Origin: Schmidtea polychroa
Lineage: Eukaryota
Length of the DNA stretch: 64,000 nt
Reading direction: 5' to 3'
Assembly: GCA_044892525.1 (NCBI GenBank)
Contig: CM097885.1
Location: 14,076,001 to 14,140,000 of the forward strand
This document shows positions 1 through 13,242 of this stretch, in pieces (within the stretch, counting starts at the first letter, position 1; every line of letters begins with the position of its first letter). The translations under genes were made by a program, and so were the position numbers. A model generated the notes under the pieces. The model saw nothing but the letters and a program-made list of their open reading frames with translations. It had not been told where the DNA came from and made no database searches.

Positions 1-188
1 TTACAATAATTATGCTTGATGAATAAAATTGTGATAATATTAATTGACAAATTCGCATCGTTCTGAATTTTATTTAAATAATCTTTACAAATATAATTCT
101 AAAATACAAAATCAAAATAAAAAAACAGAAAAATAATTTTATTGAAAATATGTCTCGCAATCTCCCTTCAGAAAACCTTTCCAACAAT

Positions 189-817
189 CTACTGAAATGA
201 TTTACAACTCTTCAAGTATTCTGATGATAATTTCCCTGCTGTTTCCAATGCCTCGTACAGTCCATCACCGGAAACTGCACAACATGCCTGCAGGTGCCAT
301 TTGTGAGTGCGCTCCAGTTTCGATAATTCTAACCCTTCCACAATTCTACTTGGTGACATGGCATTTGGTAAATCTTGTTTGTTTGCAATCACCACTATTG
401 GAATCTGAATCAATGTTAAACATTTCAATTTCCTATGAAATCTAGATTTACATTTCTCATCTCGTCACATTCAGCAATCGTAAATAATTCATCTCTTGAT
501 TCCTTCAACCTTTCCACATCATTGCTGTCCACTACATAAATCAATCCATGACAATTCGTATAGTAATGTCTCCATAACTGTCGAATCTTTTCTTGACCTC
601 CCACATCCCAAATTGTGAATTTCAAACCTTTCCCAATTGAAACTTCCTCCACATTGAATCCGATTGTTGGAATCGTTGTCACAGTTTCATTGAGTTTCAA
701 TTTGTACAGAATTGTGGTTTTACCAGCAGCATCCAGTCCCAACATTAGGATTCTCCGAGGATCAGATTGAGACAACTCGTTTAGCAATTTGTATAATCTA
801 CTCAAAAGTATTCCCAT
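189..817 (-). CDS. ARF-family small GTPase (ARF/Arl4-11-14-like), apparently intact, 2 exons, 193 aa
   Basis: Exon 817-452 and exon 404-189 are joined by a 47-nt GT..CAG phase-0 intron (451-405). MG start (Gly2 myristoylation site); motifs [34 protein letters not shown] stop. Confidence 0.93.
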
Positions 818-865
818 TTAATATAATATTGAAATCGAATAATAAAAATCATAGAAAACATTGAG

Positions 866-873
866 TATTTATA
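866..873 (-). promoter_or_regulatory. Putative TATA box of ARF gene
   Basis: TATAAATA on minus strand 49 nt upstream of the ATG; conserved in copy 2 and deleted in copy 3; CCAAT at about 961-965. Confidence 0.45.
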
Positions 874-1021
874 GTGATTCTGAATTGCATCAAATTCTCC
901 ACCGTAGATTGAATGACAACGCGTTTCTAAAAATAGTAACAGAAATTTCAACATTTTCTCATTGGTCATTTAGAATAATTAATGCCAATCTATCACAGAC
1001 TTAAACAATAAATTGATGACG

Positions 1022-1023
<2 letters not shown>

Positions 1024-1090
<67 letters not shown>

Positions 1091-1097
1091 TATTACT
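1024..1097. repeat. (TTA)n microsatellite upstream of ARF copy 1
   Basis: Nearly pure TTA run. Confidence 0.95.
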
Positions 1098-1949
1098 AGA
1101 ATTCTCGGTCGACCTCTGTAACTGCAATCTGTCGAAAAAGAAAGATTGTAATGGGTTTTTGTAAGCCTAGTAATATTTAACATAGAAAATGTAGCTTGAA
1201 TTAATTCAACATTTTATAGATTTGCCTGTTTTTGCAACTGAATTATAAATAACAATAAGCCAAGAAATTTGCTTCTATTATTGGCCTGATGATGTTTGCT
1301 ACTGAAATATTCATTTGAATGATTTTTGAAAATCTTAAAATTTTTTTAATATTTGCCGGTAGGTTAATAGTTTGATAGCATTTCTAACTTCATCATATCT
1401 TCAACTGACACTATTGTCAAGACATTTAAAATTATTCAAATTGTCGTATAAAATAAAATTTGTTTTTAAGTTTAAATTAAATTTGGAAATAATTAACGAC
1501 ATCGGTTAATTTTGTAATTAAATCCAATAATTTTAATAATTTTTAAAATTACAAATTTTATTACATAAAGGTTCTACATTATTAAATTTAATCCTGCTAT
1601 CATTATTTTTTAATTCTTCCTTGACAATATTTTGTTTTTAAAATTAAATTAATTATGATAATAATAACAACAAACGTGTGATAATAAGCATAAGGATCGC
1701 GAACAGCACAGTCACCAACTAAATTGGAGCACCAATGTCTCTAGCGACAGGCATTTAGCGGTAAAATCAATAGTTAAGTGTAATTACGAAAAGAAATATG
1801 GTTAAGTGTGAGCAACAGCAGGAAAAGGCCAAAATTTGCAAGGATAAACATAGATTGTTCTCCCAACTCGTAATCTACCTTTAGAAATAGAGCTCACTTT
1901 CTTATTTATTTTCAACAACTATGTACATTCCCAACATGGTGGTTGGCAT

Positions 1950-2712
1950 GGAAACCCGTCAAAAGGGCCGCAATAATATGGCCCCAATATTACGACCCAC
2001 AACATAAAGGCCCATGGCAAAACGGCCCTGAAAAATGATATAAGAGTCTTTGCCAAAAACGATCCCTGTCAAAAGGGCCCACATCAAAAGGACCGCGAAG
2101 ATTGAAATATTTATATGTAGAAAAGAAAGATTGTAAGTATGTTGACTTAAAAAACGACGTCATCCGTAACTTTTTAAGCATCATTTGGTAAAAGTTAAAA
2201 GAATGCCTTCTAATCTCTGACTACAGACGATTTAGACAGTTTACAATAGGTTCTATACATTTGTTATTACACATGCATATAGTACCATGGAAAGATTTTG
2301 GCGAAAGAGTAGTTTGAATATCATATGGACCAGGAGAAGCCGGAATAGTAATTTGGCACGAATTCGATCAATCTTGTCAGTGAAGAATTCACGGAATGCG
2401 TTTGCAAGAGTGAATGTATCAGGCTGGTCAGGAAGGGAATATGTGTCGGTGAGGTAAAACAGAATTTAGGGTTTTCCAGAGCGAGTGTGGATAAGTGTAT
2501 AGTTGTTGATCGTGTATGAAACTTCCTGAAACAGTGTGTTTTTGTATACTTAGTGTTTAAGCGCTTCTATTGTTGGGGACCCTTTTAAAAGGGTCGTTTT
2601 TTCGGGGCCTTTATATCAGAGGCTTTTATGTCAGTGGCCGTTTTCTCAGCCCCGTAATACCTGAGTCCTTTTGACGGGGCCGTTCTGTCCTGGGCCCTTT
2701 TGACTAGACACC
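1950..2712. mobile_element. Non-autonomous MULE/foldback-like DNA transposon, copy 1
   Basis: Terminal IRs GG(A/T)AACCCGTCAAAAGGGCC..GGGCCCTTTTGAC..ACC with tandem AAAAGGGCCC-type subterminal repeats; 9-bp TSD GGTTGGCAT/GGTTGGGAT. Confidence 0.75.
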
Positions 2713-4191
2713 GGTTGGGATGGGTATATTGATGTTTAAAAAGTAAAATATTCATAAATGCTTTTAAGTAAGAGTTACAAATCTATCAGTGACATTAGGA
2801 CGTAGAAACAACACACACGCCAGATTCTGAGTTGTTTGCCAACCGAAACTCTATTACTATCCAAACACCTGTAATTTTGACTTGAACAACCTTCTATTTC
2901 TGATATACCTAAAGAAATTCAGGCTCCAAAATATTATCTTGTACTCTTTCGAGTTAGGATCACCCTGGTTGTCTTATTATCTTATATTTTTCATATCTTC
3001 AAGATTTTAAGATAAATTTCGTTGTTTGTTAAAAAGTAAAATTCATTCATAAAATTTATCATATTTGTTAATTTAAATATATATTTTCTTAAAATCCTTT
3101 TTGTTTAAATAATATTGTATTTGAAAATTTTGCGAATGAAAAAGTGAATAAATTAATGAAATGTTACTTTATTTAATATTAAATCAGGTCACTAGCTCTT
3201 AAAAAGGATCTCAATACAAATGCAAATGGTGGGCGAAGCAATACAGAGTAACTATAGTATTATTATTATTATTATTATATTAACAATAATATTATTAGTA
3301 AATCAGACCCGAGACCTTTAAGAGATCCTAACCCAAATTTCATGAAAGATGCAAAACATAAATTATTTAAAGTAATCCATTTCATTATTAAAAGAAAGCA
3401 CCGATTACCCTAATCGAATCGACATCTCTAATTTTGGTAAACTTACCCAAACAGATGTGAAAGCAATTTTCGAACATTTTATCAGTATTGTTGTTCCGGA
3501 TTTTCGTTTAAATGCCTCACAAATAGCTGCCGAAGATCAAATTTTAAGGCACTAATCAATTTGATATAACACAATTTTAGTATTGCAATTAGGTTTTTTA
3601 CTGCCATTCAGTACAGCAATAATTTCTCCAAAACTCATTAAACATCACCGGCGATTTTCTCGTCAGTTCCACTCGTCATAGGAGCGTTTGATTTGTTGAG
3701 GCGATTTGTCAGCGCTTATATTCGGGTGAATTTTAATTTCATTTCAAATTTTGATTATTTTGATTATAATTATTATTCAAATTAATTTATATTAAATGTT
3801 TTTGATTTAATTATATAATTAATATTATTATGCTGTTGATATTGCAATTGGCAAGTTGCCGTGAGCGCTCCTTGATATAATTTTGATAAAAAGTATAATT
3901 TAAGAGCTTGAATAATGATCTCATATCTATATGGATCAATATTCAAGCCTTAAAGTTTACTTTAAATAAAAATAAATTACTCGAAAGCCATTGGCTAAAT
4001 TCAAAAAGTTAAAATATCTAAATAAAATAGCTAAGTTAAATTCCAAAAAAATTCTTCATAAAGAAGAAAGTTGGTTGTACATACAATTCACTCATCATTC
4101 ACTCCGCAATATAAAATAAAATTATGATATTACTACTTTTAAAAAATGATATGATATTAAAATAAAATAAACTAAGGCCAATATAACCAAT

Positions 4192-4650
4192 TTAATGCGA
4201 CTTTTGTGCCTGTTTTTTATTGGAAAGTAATTGGATATGAGGTTCGAGCTTAGTAACACGTAATTTGAGTTGGCCTTCCAAATGAACATCAGTTATCTGT
4301 GTCTTTAAATCGGTTTTAATTTGTGTTAGATATGAAAAAGTGGATTCGCAACAGTAAGTAGTTCCAAAGCAAGAAAGGGTATTCAGTTGCGTTTCCCCAT
4401 ATTTTCCCATAGGATTGTTCTTTAAATCAAAAAGGGATTTTTAATATTATCTTCACATAACTCAAACAATTCCATCTGTAGTTCGCTCGGCGCCTTTGCG
4501 ATATCAACTAGATGTCGTTCAAATGCTAATTTCATTTCAGAGTCAGAAAACCGTTCAGTATATTCTTCAATTAATGAGTCCACAACAGCAATATAGACAT
4601 CTTGAAATAGGAAAGTCTTTTTTTGGGAAAGTTGATTTTTCACATAAATC
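4192..4650 (-). mobile_element. hAT (Charlie/GTF2IRD2-like) transposase C-terminal remnant
   Basis: FGTTYCCESTFSYLTQIK..ITDVHLEGQLKL..KKQAQKSH, typical hAT dimerisation-domain C-terminus; frameshifted. Confidence 0.8.
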
Positions 4651-5639
4651 TAAAAATGGTGGAAAAATATTAAAATTTTTCTTTAAAAAGTGTATCACAA
4701 TTACAAATCATTATATCAATTCAAATATCAGTTATTATCAAAAATCTGATTAATTATTATTTATTTTACTAATATTTTGTTTTAAATCGTGCGCCAATTA
4801 TTCAGATAACACAATTAATATAATTACTCGGTTATGCAATTTTATATTAACAAGTATGCATTTTTATAGATTTAAAAAAAAATAAAAATTCGAAAAATAA
4901 ATAATAGATTAATAAATAGATTAATAAATAGATTAATAAATAGATTAATAAATTAAGTAAATTAATAAATAAATAGATTATTAAATTAATCACGATAATT
5001 AAGTACGATAACTCATCTATTTTTTATTTATTTATGATTTCATATTGATTTGCTTGAGATATTCCTATCGAATCGGTTTCCTAGGTACTCGGACACAATC
5101 AATCAGATCGAGGATTTCCAAGAGAAATTAGTGAGAAAGCGAGCGCAATTGCAGCAATCGAAATTGGAAATGGAAGAATTTAAACAAACGACCCGATCGA
5201 TGGAGCTCGAGATTGATGACGTGAAATTCCATTTGCAGAAAATATTTGCCGATGTTTATAATATTGTAATTGGTTTATTTGTATTTTTATTTATTATTTA
5301 CTTTACGGATGGAAATTTTGGCGCGATTTCATTGGCTCGCCACTTTGATTTTATTTTGCCGCATCCTAAATTCGATAATATTTGCCCTTAATCGATTATT
5401 TTTTATCAATATTTTACTGATTATTTCAATAATAATCTACATTTTATTAATTTTTTTATTGATTATTTTTTATCCATATTTTATTGATTCATTTTATCCA
5501 TATTTTTATTGATAACCTTTTCTAATTATTTATTAATATTTTTCATTTTTTAATAAACACTTATCAATTATTTTTATTAATAATTTCACTGATTATTTTT
5601 ATCAATATTTTATTAATTATTGAGCGATTGAGGAAATCG

Positions 5640-6430
5640 ATCGTAATCATCACTAGGAAATTATATTCGAATGGTCAGTGAAAGAATGGTAATGTCTAAT
5701 TGTAAAAGCAGGTTAGGAAGTGTAAACAATTGGTTAAAGTTGTCGGGATATCGGTGCAACTTTCAAATTGATGTGCTAAAGTTTACGAGTTATTTAAAAC
5801 GCAAAACAGTTTTGCATTGGAATGTTTAGAAGGGAATAATTAAAGTACGAAATAAAAAAGGATATTTTCTGTTGAATATGCAAAAAATGAATCCAATGAT
5901 GGCCTGAAAATGAAAGCATGAAGATATAAATGCGTTTTAAAGAATTATTTTGAAGAAAATCGAGTAGAATGCAGGAGGAAATTAAAATATACTCCAAATA
6001 AGGCCTGGTAAAGCAAAATTATTTACAATAAAAATAGGTTGAACATGAACAAGAGTTTAGAGATCAAATTCCTGTTAAATGCGAACACATGAAGGTTTTT
6101 AAATCAAATATACTGAAACATGAAAATATGGAGACAATAAATGTTTGGACAATGAAGCTTCAGAGTAGAACGGAAGAGAGAATATTTCAGCGTAATTATA
6201 ATGAAATTAAAACAATTCCGAGTAGATCAGATGAGATTGTGATGGGGAGGAATAGTTGGGGGACGAGTTCGAGAAATAAAATGTAAAGGATGGTAACAAC
6301 AATAATCGAAGGAGATGAAATATTGAGACAAAAGTAGAACTAGCAGAATCGACAAGTTAGAAACCAAAAAACTAAAAAGATAAACGGAAATTAAACTGGA
6401 GTAGCAGGAAGGACAATTCACCATATTATC
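5640..6430 (-). mobile_element. Highly degraded LINE (CR1/L2-like) RT C-terminal remnant in NDC80 intron; second copy about 55158-55948
   Basis: Fragments such as DLLGIV and TRPYLEY (compare LVRPHLEY) in broken frames. Confidence 0.35.
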
Positions 6431-8344
6431 CGATATTAATCCAATAAGTAGTTGTAATTCATACCTGAGAAAATGTGCCTGAATTCAGACAGCTAGTATT
6501 TACATCTGTATAAAATAGTAATATTACTATTCAAATATCATTTATTAAATCAATTTATTATATTAATATCGATTCAATTTGTTATATATTCATGAAATTA
6601 TATTTGTGCTAGAATTTATGTATTAACTTTTATGTTTTCATAATTTTTAATTATCCCCTTGACCTCTCCTGCTCTCCCTTCTTCCTGCAGTTGACAGCGG
6701 CCCCCGTTGAGAAATGATTTCAATAATCATTTATCTAAATCAGAATCGCGATAAATATGCGGAAAACTATTACTCTATATCTGATTACCTAAATTTTATA
6801 GAATCTGCAAGAATTGGAATATTATAAATTCTATATAAAATCAAATGATATGTTTGTCGCAACTAATGGCAAATTTATATCGGGATATCAATTAAAAACC
6901 CCAAAAATAATAATGTACTTACAATCATTTAAAAGATTTATTTACAAAACTTAATCTCTGCAATTAACCCAGTGGCGTCTTCATTTTAAAATTTCTCTTG
7001 TTAACCTTGTATTTGTATTTTCCCATTAAAATTTGACATGTAATTGCCTGTGAAATGATTAATTGTTCCAGTTAGGCCTTAATATTTCATCGTTTTTAAT
7101 AGCAACTGAATGCCGAGCAGAATTTCACAATTCATAACTGATCGAATTCAGCTTACAATTTATTCAATATAGATTATATAAGATTTATAGAGATTTCGAT
7201 AAGATTATTTTATGGCAAAATTCCACAATAATTTTATTCCATCGATAGCACATTTTAACTGCTTCCTTAGCATCACTTTCTCGCTAATCTTGGCTGTTAT
7301 TTGTATAATTTCATGTATTTTTCATACTTACATTTTATATAAAACTGACTTGATAACCAAATCCTCTCATCTTTTGTTATTATAATATTATAATGATTAT
7401 TGTATTATCATTTAATAATCAATATTTTATATGATATAAAATGTTTGGCAATAGCTATTGGAGCTAATATTAATTGTGGATGCTATAATGACAATAATGG
7501 CAAATGACCACCGTACTTTCAAAATAGACTTAGACTTTTTTTTACCTCTCATTTCAGTTCCCAGACTTAGTCAAAGAAGAAATTCGTCAAGAAATCACGG
7601 ATTTTAATTTCGAATATCTGCTAAATTACGATGGTTATTTGCGACCTTATATATCAAACTTGATATCTGTTATTGAAGAGAAGACCCAAATCAGGCGAGA
7701 GGAATTACAGGAACACATAAGACAAAGCGAAGATTTAAAAAGGAACGCTGAAGTTTTGGTATGGGTAAATTGATATAAACCGAAGTTATTTAGTTCATAG
7801 AAAAGTGATATAAAATTGTTGGAATTCGAGAATCGAATAGCTGTCAAGAATTTGAATGAAAATGAGACGATTTGCCTGACATTGTAGGAGGAATCTGCGG
7901 AACATTGTAAAGCCATTCAGAATTTAACGGATCAAGTTGGTCATCATCGCGATCTCAATGATTACATGGATCAGAAACTCGTCGAGATAAAGGTAGGGTT
8001 CAAGAATCAATAAGTCCTAAAGATGTAGAGATTTAGAAGCGATTCGAGGAAGAGAAAAGTACATTTCAGGAAGCAAGTCAATTCTATGAAGTTGATATTG
8101 ATTTGAAGCAAGATTGTGCTGACATTCGACTGCAAAGCCTCCAGGAAAGTCATGATTTTAGAGAATCAGTAATGAAATGGAATACGGCATTATTTGAAGG
8201 AGAAAAAGAAAATAGTAAATCATTTGAAGCTGGCCTAGAAAAGCGCAAAAGAGAACTGATGAAACATTTTACCAAGGAACTTGCAGTAATCGATGAAAAG
8301 TTTAAATTTTGATCTTGTTATTGATGTTACTTTGTTATAATACA

Positions 8345-8917
8345 CAGTGCTCGAAGTGAGGCGGGATAGCCGGGATATTATCCCGGCATTGATTATGTAG
8401 GCGGAATTGCATCCCGGCACTACATTTCATATAATCTATAGGTTTATCCCGGTACTTATTTCATTTTATAGGCACACAAATACTGCAATTAAGGTCACAC
8501 ATAGTACATCCATATATGTATGTATATATATATATTCTTTATTCTCTATTCTCTATTCAATTAAGAATTTCCCAAGCAGCAGTAATGGATAGGTAGGTAT
8601 ATTCTCTTATTTATTTTAGTTAAACCAGCAAGTTGTTTGTTGAGTTATTTATACTGCGACCCCCTCTATATATAATGTGTGCATGATTTCACATGCAGAG
8701 AGCTGTTATAATTAACGTGATAAGAAAACATATATGTGCTACGCAGATATACATACACATGCACATATTGACAATCACAATATGTAAGAGATATGTAAGA
8801 TAGGACCACCCAAAGTTTTGCAACACCCCCAACTGAAAATTTCTGCATAAAAGCCTGGAATCCCGGGTGCCAAAGCATGCCTATCCCGGCACATATTTTG
8901 TTCCACTTCGAGCACTG
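8345..8917. mobile_element. hAT-family MITE, 573 bp
   Basis: 14-bp TIR CAGTGCTCGAAGTG; 8-bp TSD ATAATACA/ATAGTACA; empty site at about 57853-57860; second copy at 61632-62104. Confidence 0.9.
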
Positions 8918-9540
8918 ATAGTACATGTTTCTATTTTTGTTTTTTTTATCATTTACTGAAGCCTTTTTTAATTTATTCACTCAGATTTATTTACAATCTT
9001 TTTAATTAAAAATTATATATAAAATGCTTATTTAGGTGGTTAATAGTGAGTAATTTAATGAGATCATGATGTAAATGTTTTTGAAATAAAAACGTGCTGC
9101 TATCTAGTCAAAATTTGTATAAAAGAAAAGCTGGTAAACAAAATAATATAATAAAAGTTTTTTACATAAAATTCTTAATTTTCCATTTTAAATATATCAT
9201 TAATAAACTACTGATAAATTGTCAATATTATATATTGATTTTATTATATAAGATTTTAGTGGCAAATAAACATTTAGAGTTAGATATGTACACAACCACA
9301 ATAAGATAACGATTGCATATCGTAATTATAAATAAAAAGTTACAAGTAATAATTTAACACCACACTACGTCGATATTTGAATTCAGAGGGTTAGATTTAC
9401 TATAGAAACCCTCTAAGAGTAATATAACTATTTTTTGTTGTGTTGTGTAATAATAAAAATAATAATATTAATTACATCGGATGAAAGAGGAGAATGACAA
9501 TAATTATTACTATTAATCTAATGTAATAAAATAATAAGGC

Positions 9541-9990
9541 TAGTGGCGTCGCTATGCGGGTGTGGACTAAACCGGCTACAACCAAATGAAAAAAATTGCA
9601 AATTTTACAGAACAGACATTGCTCGGTTCAGTCCTATTTCATAAGTGGATGACCGATCATAGGTAAATAAATATATGACTAAAAGGCATAACTGGGTCTG
9701 AGTGCCACCTTGCAGTTCTCAGAGCATCGGTGGCACATTTTAATGAGATTCAGGGCTGGTATGATCAAACTTTGAAGTTATTTACGAACGCGATAATTAA
9801 CCAGGTAGAATAGATCAATAGACTTGAAGGATTTTCCATAGGCCGAGTGCTTGTGTTGTGACAAAGCAAGATGAAAAGGCTTAAAAAGACATGCGCTAGT
9901 TAACCAAACAATGGTTCTACAGGATGATGACTTGTAGTGCATATACAGTAAAACCATTCGTTATTTACTTTTCACAAGAAACGTAAAATC
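9541..9990 (+). mobile_element. 5' end of hAT element, truncated (longer copy starts about 60948)
   Basis: AGTGGCGTCGCT terminus; colinear with 60948-61398, which continues into a hAT transposase. Confidence 0.55.
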
Positions 9991-10198
9991 AAAGTGAATA
10001 AATTAATGAAATGTTACATTATTTAATATTAAATCAGGTCACTCTTTAAAAGAATCTCATTACAAATCCAAATGGTTCGTGAACATTGCACGACAACAAG
10101 ATTATACCAGCATAAGGAATGAGTCGATCCACTACGGATCTGTTTCACCTACAAATGTCGATAAAAAAGGCAAATTCAGTCGATTTTAGTAATAAGAT

Positions 10199-10760
10199 TG
10201 TTGAAAAGTTCTATGGTATTAAGTATTTATATTTGTGTAATGTACGATTGTATGTGAGAGGAGATTTGAAGAGCCTGATAGAGTCACCGATAAAAAGAGT
10301 GTGGCGGGACAATCGAAGTTCTTGTATGTAACTAAGGAATGTTTCTAAATGAGTATTTATAATTTCTAATAATTAAGAAAATTAATAATAAACAACGTAA
10401 TTAAATACAACTTTTATTAACTAATAAATATTATAAGACCTGTTTTAATCAGAATATTGTGAGTTCAGGCCAAACCTACAATAACTATGTAGGTAGTAAC
10501 TTGATCGAAGGAATTTGTTGTATTTGGATAGATATAGAAGGGTTGAGAACAAACGCGTAGGAGATTGCCTTTTGTCTCTTATATTATAATTGAATTAATT
10601 ATGTTTGGTTGATTGTGATTTGGCCAGTGATTGATCAGAATTATTTGGTTAAGGCGGTTGATATACAGAATCTTATTATATTTAGATAGATATTGAAGGG
10701 TTTGACTTTGAATATTATCTGCTTCTGGTTTTCTTATATAATCCTTTTGATAGCTCGAGC
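10199..10760 (-). mobile_element. LTR-like fragment related to the 46593-49121 element; boundaries uncertain
   Basis: ATTTGAAGAGCCTGATAGAGTCACCGATAAAA..TGTGGCGGGACAATCG resembles 46659-46708; minus-strand AATAAA near 10415. Confidence 0.35.
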
Positions 10761-13155
10761 TTGTAAAATTTCTGTTATCGTTTCCTTAGTTTAATTTTTT
10801 TTGATTTCTTTTAATTTTTAATTAGTTTTCGATTTGTGATTTTTAAACATTTTATTTCACGACGTTAAGGACACAGAAACAAGAGTAAATACAAAACCAA
10901 ATTGAGGTTCTGTTTTGACTAATAATAATGATAAAAATATAACATTCTACTACAAATATGAAGCAAATAAAGCAAATGATTCTACATGATTGCATTAACA
11001 AATAAATGATTTTAAATATTTTTCATCCACACCACATTTTATTGAACCGCTAGAATTTGTGCGGAATTAACTTAATTAATCGATTTTCATGGGAATTTTT
11101 TTCATAATCATTATTTTTTTTCATTTTTTCTGTTAAATTCTTTTTGTAAAATTTTATCATACCTTTTTCGTATATAAATAAAAGCTATAACTTTCCTAAT
11201 TAATTTAATTATTGTCTTTCTTTAGCAAACACGACCAATAATTATTATTAATTTTCGATCTTACTAATTCCTTCTTTTATGTATTATTCTTTCCTTTTTG
11301 AAGTGGCAGATTTTTCAAGTTTATCATTTTAATATCTATTTATTTATCATCCATATGTTGTGTACTTTACTTTATAATATTGATATATGATCACATATTT
11401 TGATTCAATTTATTGAAGTTTTTATGATATTTTTTTAGATAAATTCTAACAACCTCTTAATTTCTCATTCTATCCCAAAAACAGTTCGATACAGATATTT
11501 AAATTGACGGCTACCAAATTAAGAATGCAATGTTGATCTGAGTCATAATCAATCACCAACAATAATTCAAGAGTTTTAGGAGACGAAATTATTGCAAATT
11601 TACGGATGCTTTCATAATGTACTCAATGTTCAAAAATTCTTTTGAGTACAAACATCTGAAATTGCATAAGACATGGTCTTATTTAACAATATATATTTTC
11701 CTGATAATTTTATTTTATCCATAACTTCCTTGTTGATCGAATTGTTGGACTGAATAGTGTGAGTAATGAATAAGATCTTGTAAGTGGGGGACCTGAGTAA
11801 AAATTAATTTAAATTATTAAAAATAAATTTGGATTAATTATAATTAATAAGCCAAGACAAACCCACACAACATAGAAATCGCACAAAATTATTTAAATTT
11901 AATAAAAACACCAAGTAAAAAAATTAACATGAAAAAAAAATAAATAAAAAATCAAAAAAAACTAGACGCGTAACGAGTTCCACAAGAAACATATTTTAAT
12001 ACAGAAAAACACAAAAAGTATCGCTGAAAAACAGACTCGAAATAGCAAAAATATATCGACATGAATGATGATGTCCTCTTCAACATCGACGACCTCCTTG
12101 TGGATGCCCAAGAGAATTCACATTGATGAGAAATAATAACTTTAATAATATAGTAATAATATAATAATAAATTTTGTTGTAATTTTTTTTGTCTTCTTTC
12201 ATTATTATTAGAACTATAAGTTTTCTATTTGTTGAGGATACCTAAATGAAAAATAACATAATAAATAAATAAATTACCTGGAGGAAGATCGTCATAACAA
12301 ACGGAACGATCTATGGGAACTCAGAAAAGAAAACGGAAGTAAAAAGAAATTAAAAATGAGAAAGATAAATCAAATAAAAGGAAACAAACAAGAAATTAAA
12401 ACAAAGGTCACTGTTAATTAAGAAATACAAATGAAAGTGGAATTCCAAATTCCAGAAAAACAAAATAAGGGAAAAAGCCGTATCTTGACAGATTGTATTG
12501 GGTCTGTTGATTATTATATAAAGTCGATACTGAGCAGCGTCACCAAGTTCAGTCCGTCGTTTGGCGAGAATCCAAACTTCATCAAGTCACAGGTCTATCG
12601 TTAAAAATCAATTCTCGAAAGACGGACGTCGAGAATTTGTGAAAACTGACAAGCTGAGAATAGTTCTTCTGCTTTCTCACATTCAGCCACTGTATACAAT
12701 ACTAACATGGTCTATCACCATGCGTATACAAGGAGTTAATTATAATAATCATGTGGTCGTCTGACAAAGGATCATCTTCGCCTTACCTTTCTTCGATCTT
12801 GCCCTCAGTACTACTCAACAAAATTAAGGTTAAACGAAGTTTCATTGCACGATTCGAAATTAATTTCACCAAGAAAATCGAATAGTTTATCATAATCGAA
12901 AAACATGACAAAACAAGACGCAAGGTAATGATTGAAAATGAATGGAAAGATGACAGATACAATGACGAGTGATGAATTTGACTTAACGAATAGAACTTTT
13001 CGACTTTACCTTTTCATCAATTGAAATAAGATTCTCGTCAAGTTTGGGTAATTGAAATCAAAGAAGAGACGTCTTAAGTTTTAAGATTAATATATAAATC
13101 TATTAAAATAATTTGTTGCAATAATAATTATAAATAAAATGTAAAATTCATAATT

Positions 13156-13242
13156 GCTGGGATGAGCCTCGGCGGTCCGGGGTGAAGGCTTCAAACCTGT
13201 AGGCGGTTGACACCGAAGTAATTCGATTCCACCTTTCCAGCG
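13156..13242 (+). tRNA. tRNA-Sec: Selenocysteine tRNA (anticodon UCA), 87 nt, probably degenerate/pseudogene
   Basis: 9-bp acceptor stem GCTGGGATG/CTTTCCAGC, 6-bp D stem, CTTCAAA loop (TCA 13191-13193), long variable arm, TTCGATTCCAC; colinear with animal tRNA-Sec. TATAAATA at -27 and oligo-T downstream. Mismatches in anticodon stem (A.G) and T stem (GTAA instead of GTGG). Confidence 0.9.

Larger units (their letters stand above)
3136..8312 (+). pseudogene. NDC80: NDC80/HEC1 kinetochore protein, broken copy 1 (CH-domain exons 3136-3725 and C-terminal coiled-coil exons 5085-5253, 7558-7758, 7801-7992, 8037-8312)
   Basis: Spliced translation KSDPRPLRD..KLFK and EDQILRFFTAIQYSNNFSK..VPLVIGAFDLL aligns by eye to the HEC1 CH domain. 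Lesions: 29-nt loss of a splice acceptor near 3395, in-frame TAA near 3639, missing middle exons, TAG at 7885-7887 (CAG in copy 3). Confidence 0.82.

Noticed and set aside
197..445. Conserved 82-aa plus-strand ORF in all three units
   Set aside because: Antisense shadow of ARF exon 2; its conservation is explained by the duplication.
5050..5391. Apparent transmembrane C-terminus of the 113-aa ORF (also 54593-54934)
   Set aside because: Read-through into the T-rich intron after the GAT|GT donor at 5253.
12516..12556. TATATAAA with TCAGT about 30 nt downstream
   Set aside because: Promoter-like spacing, but no assignable gene or LTR boundaries in 10.8-13.1 kb.
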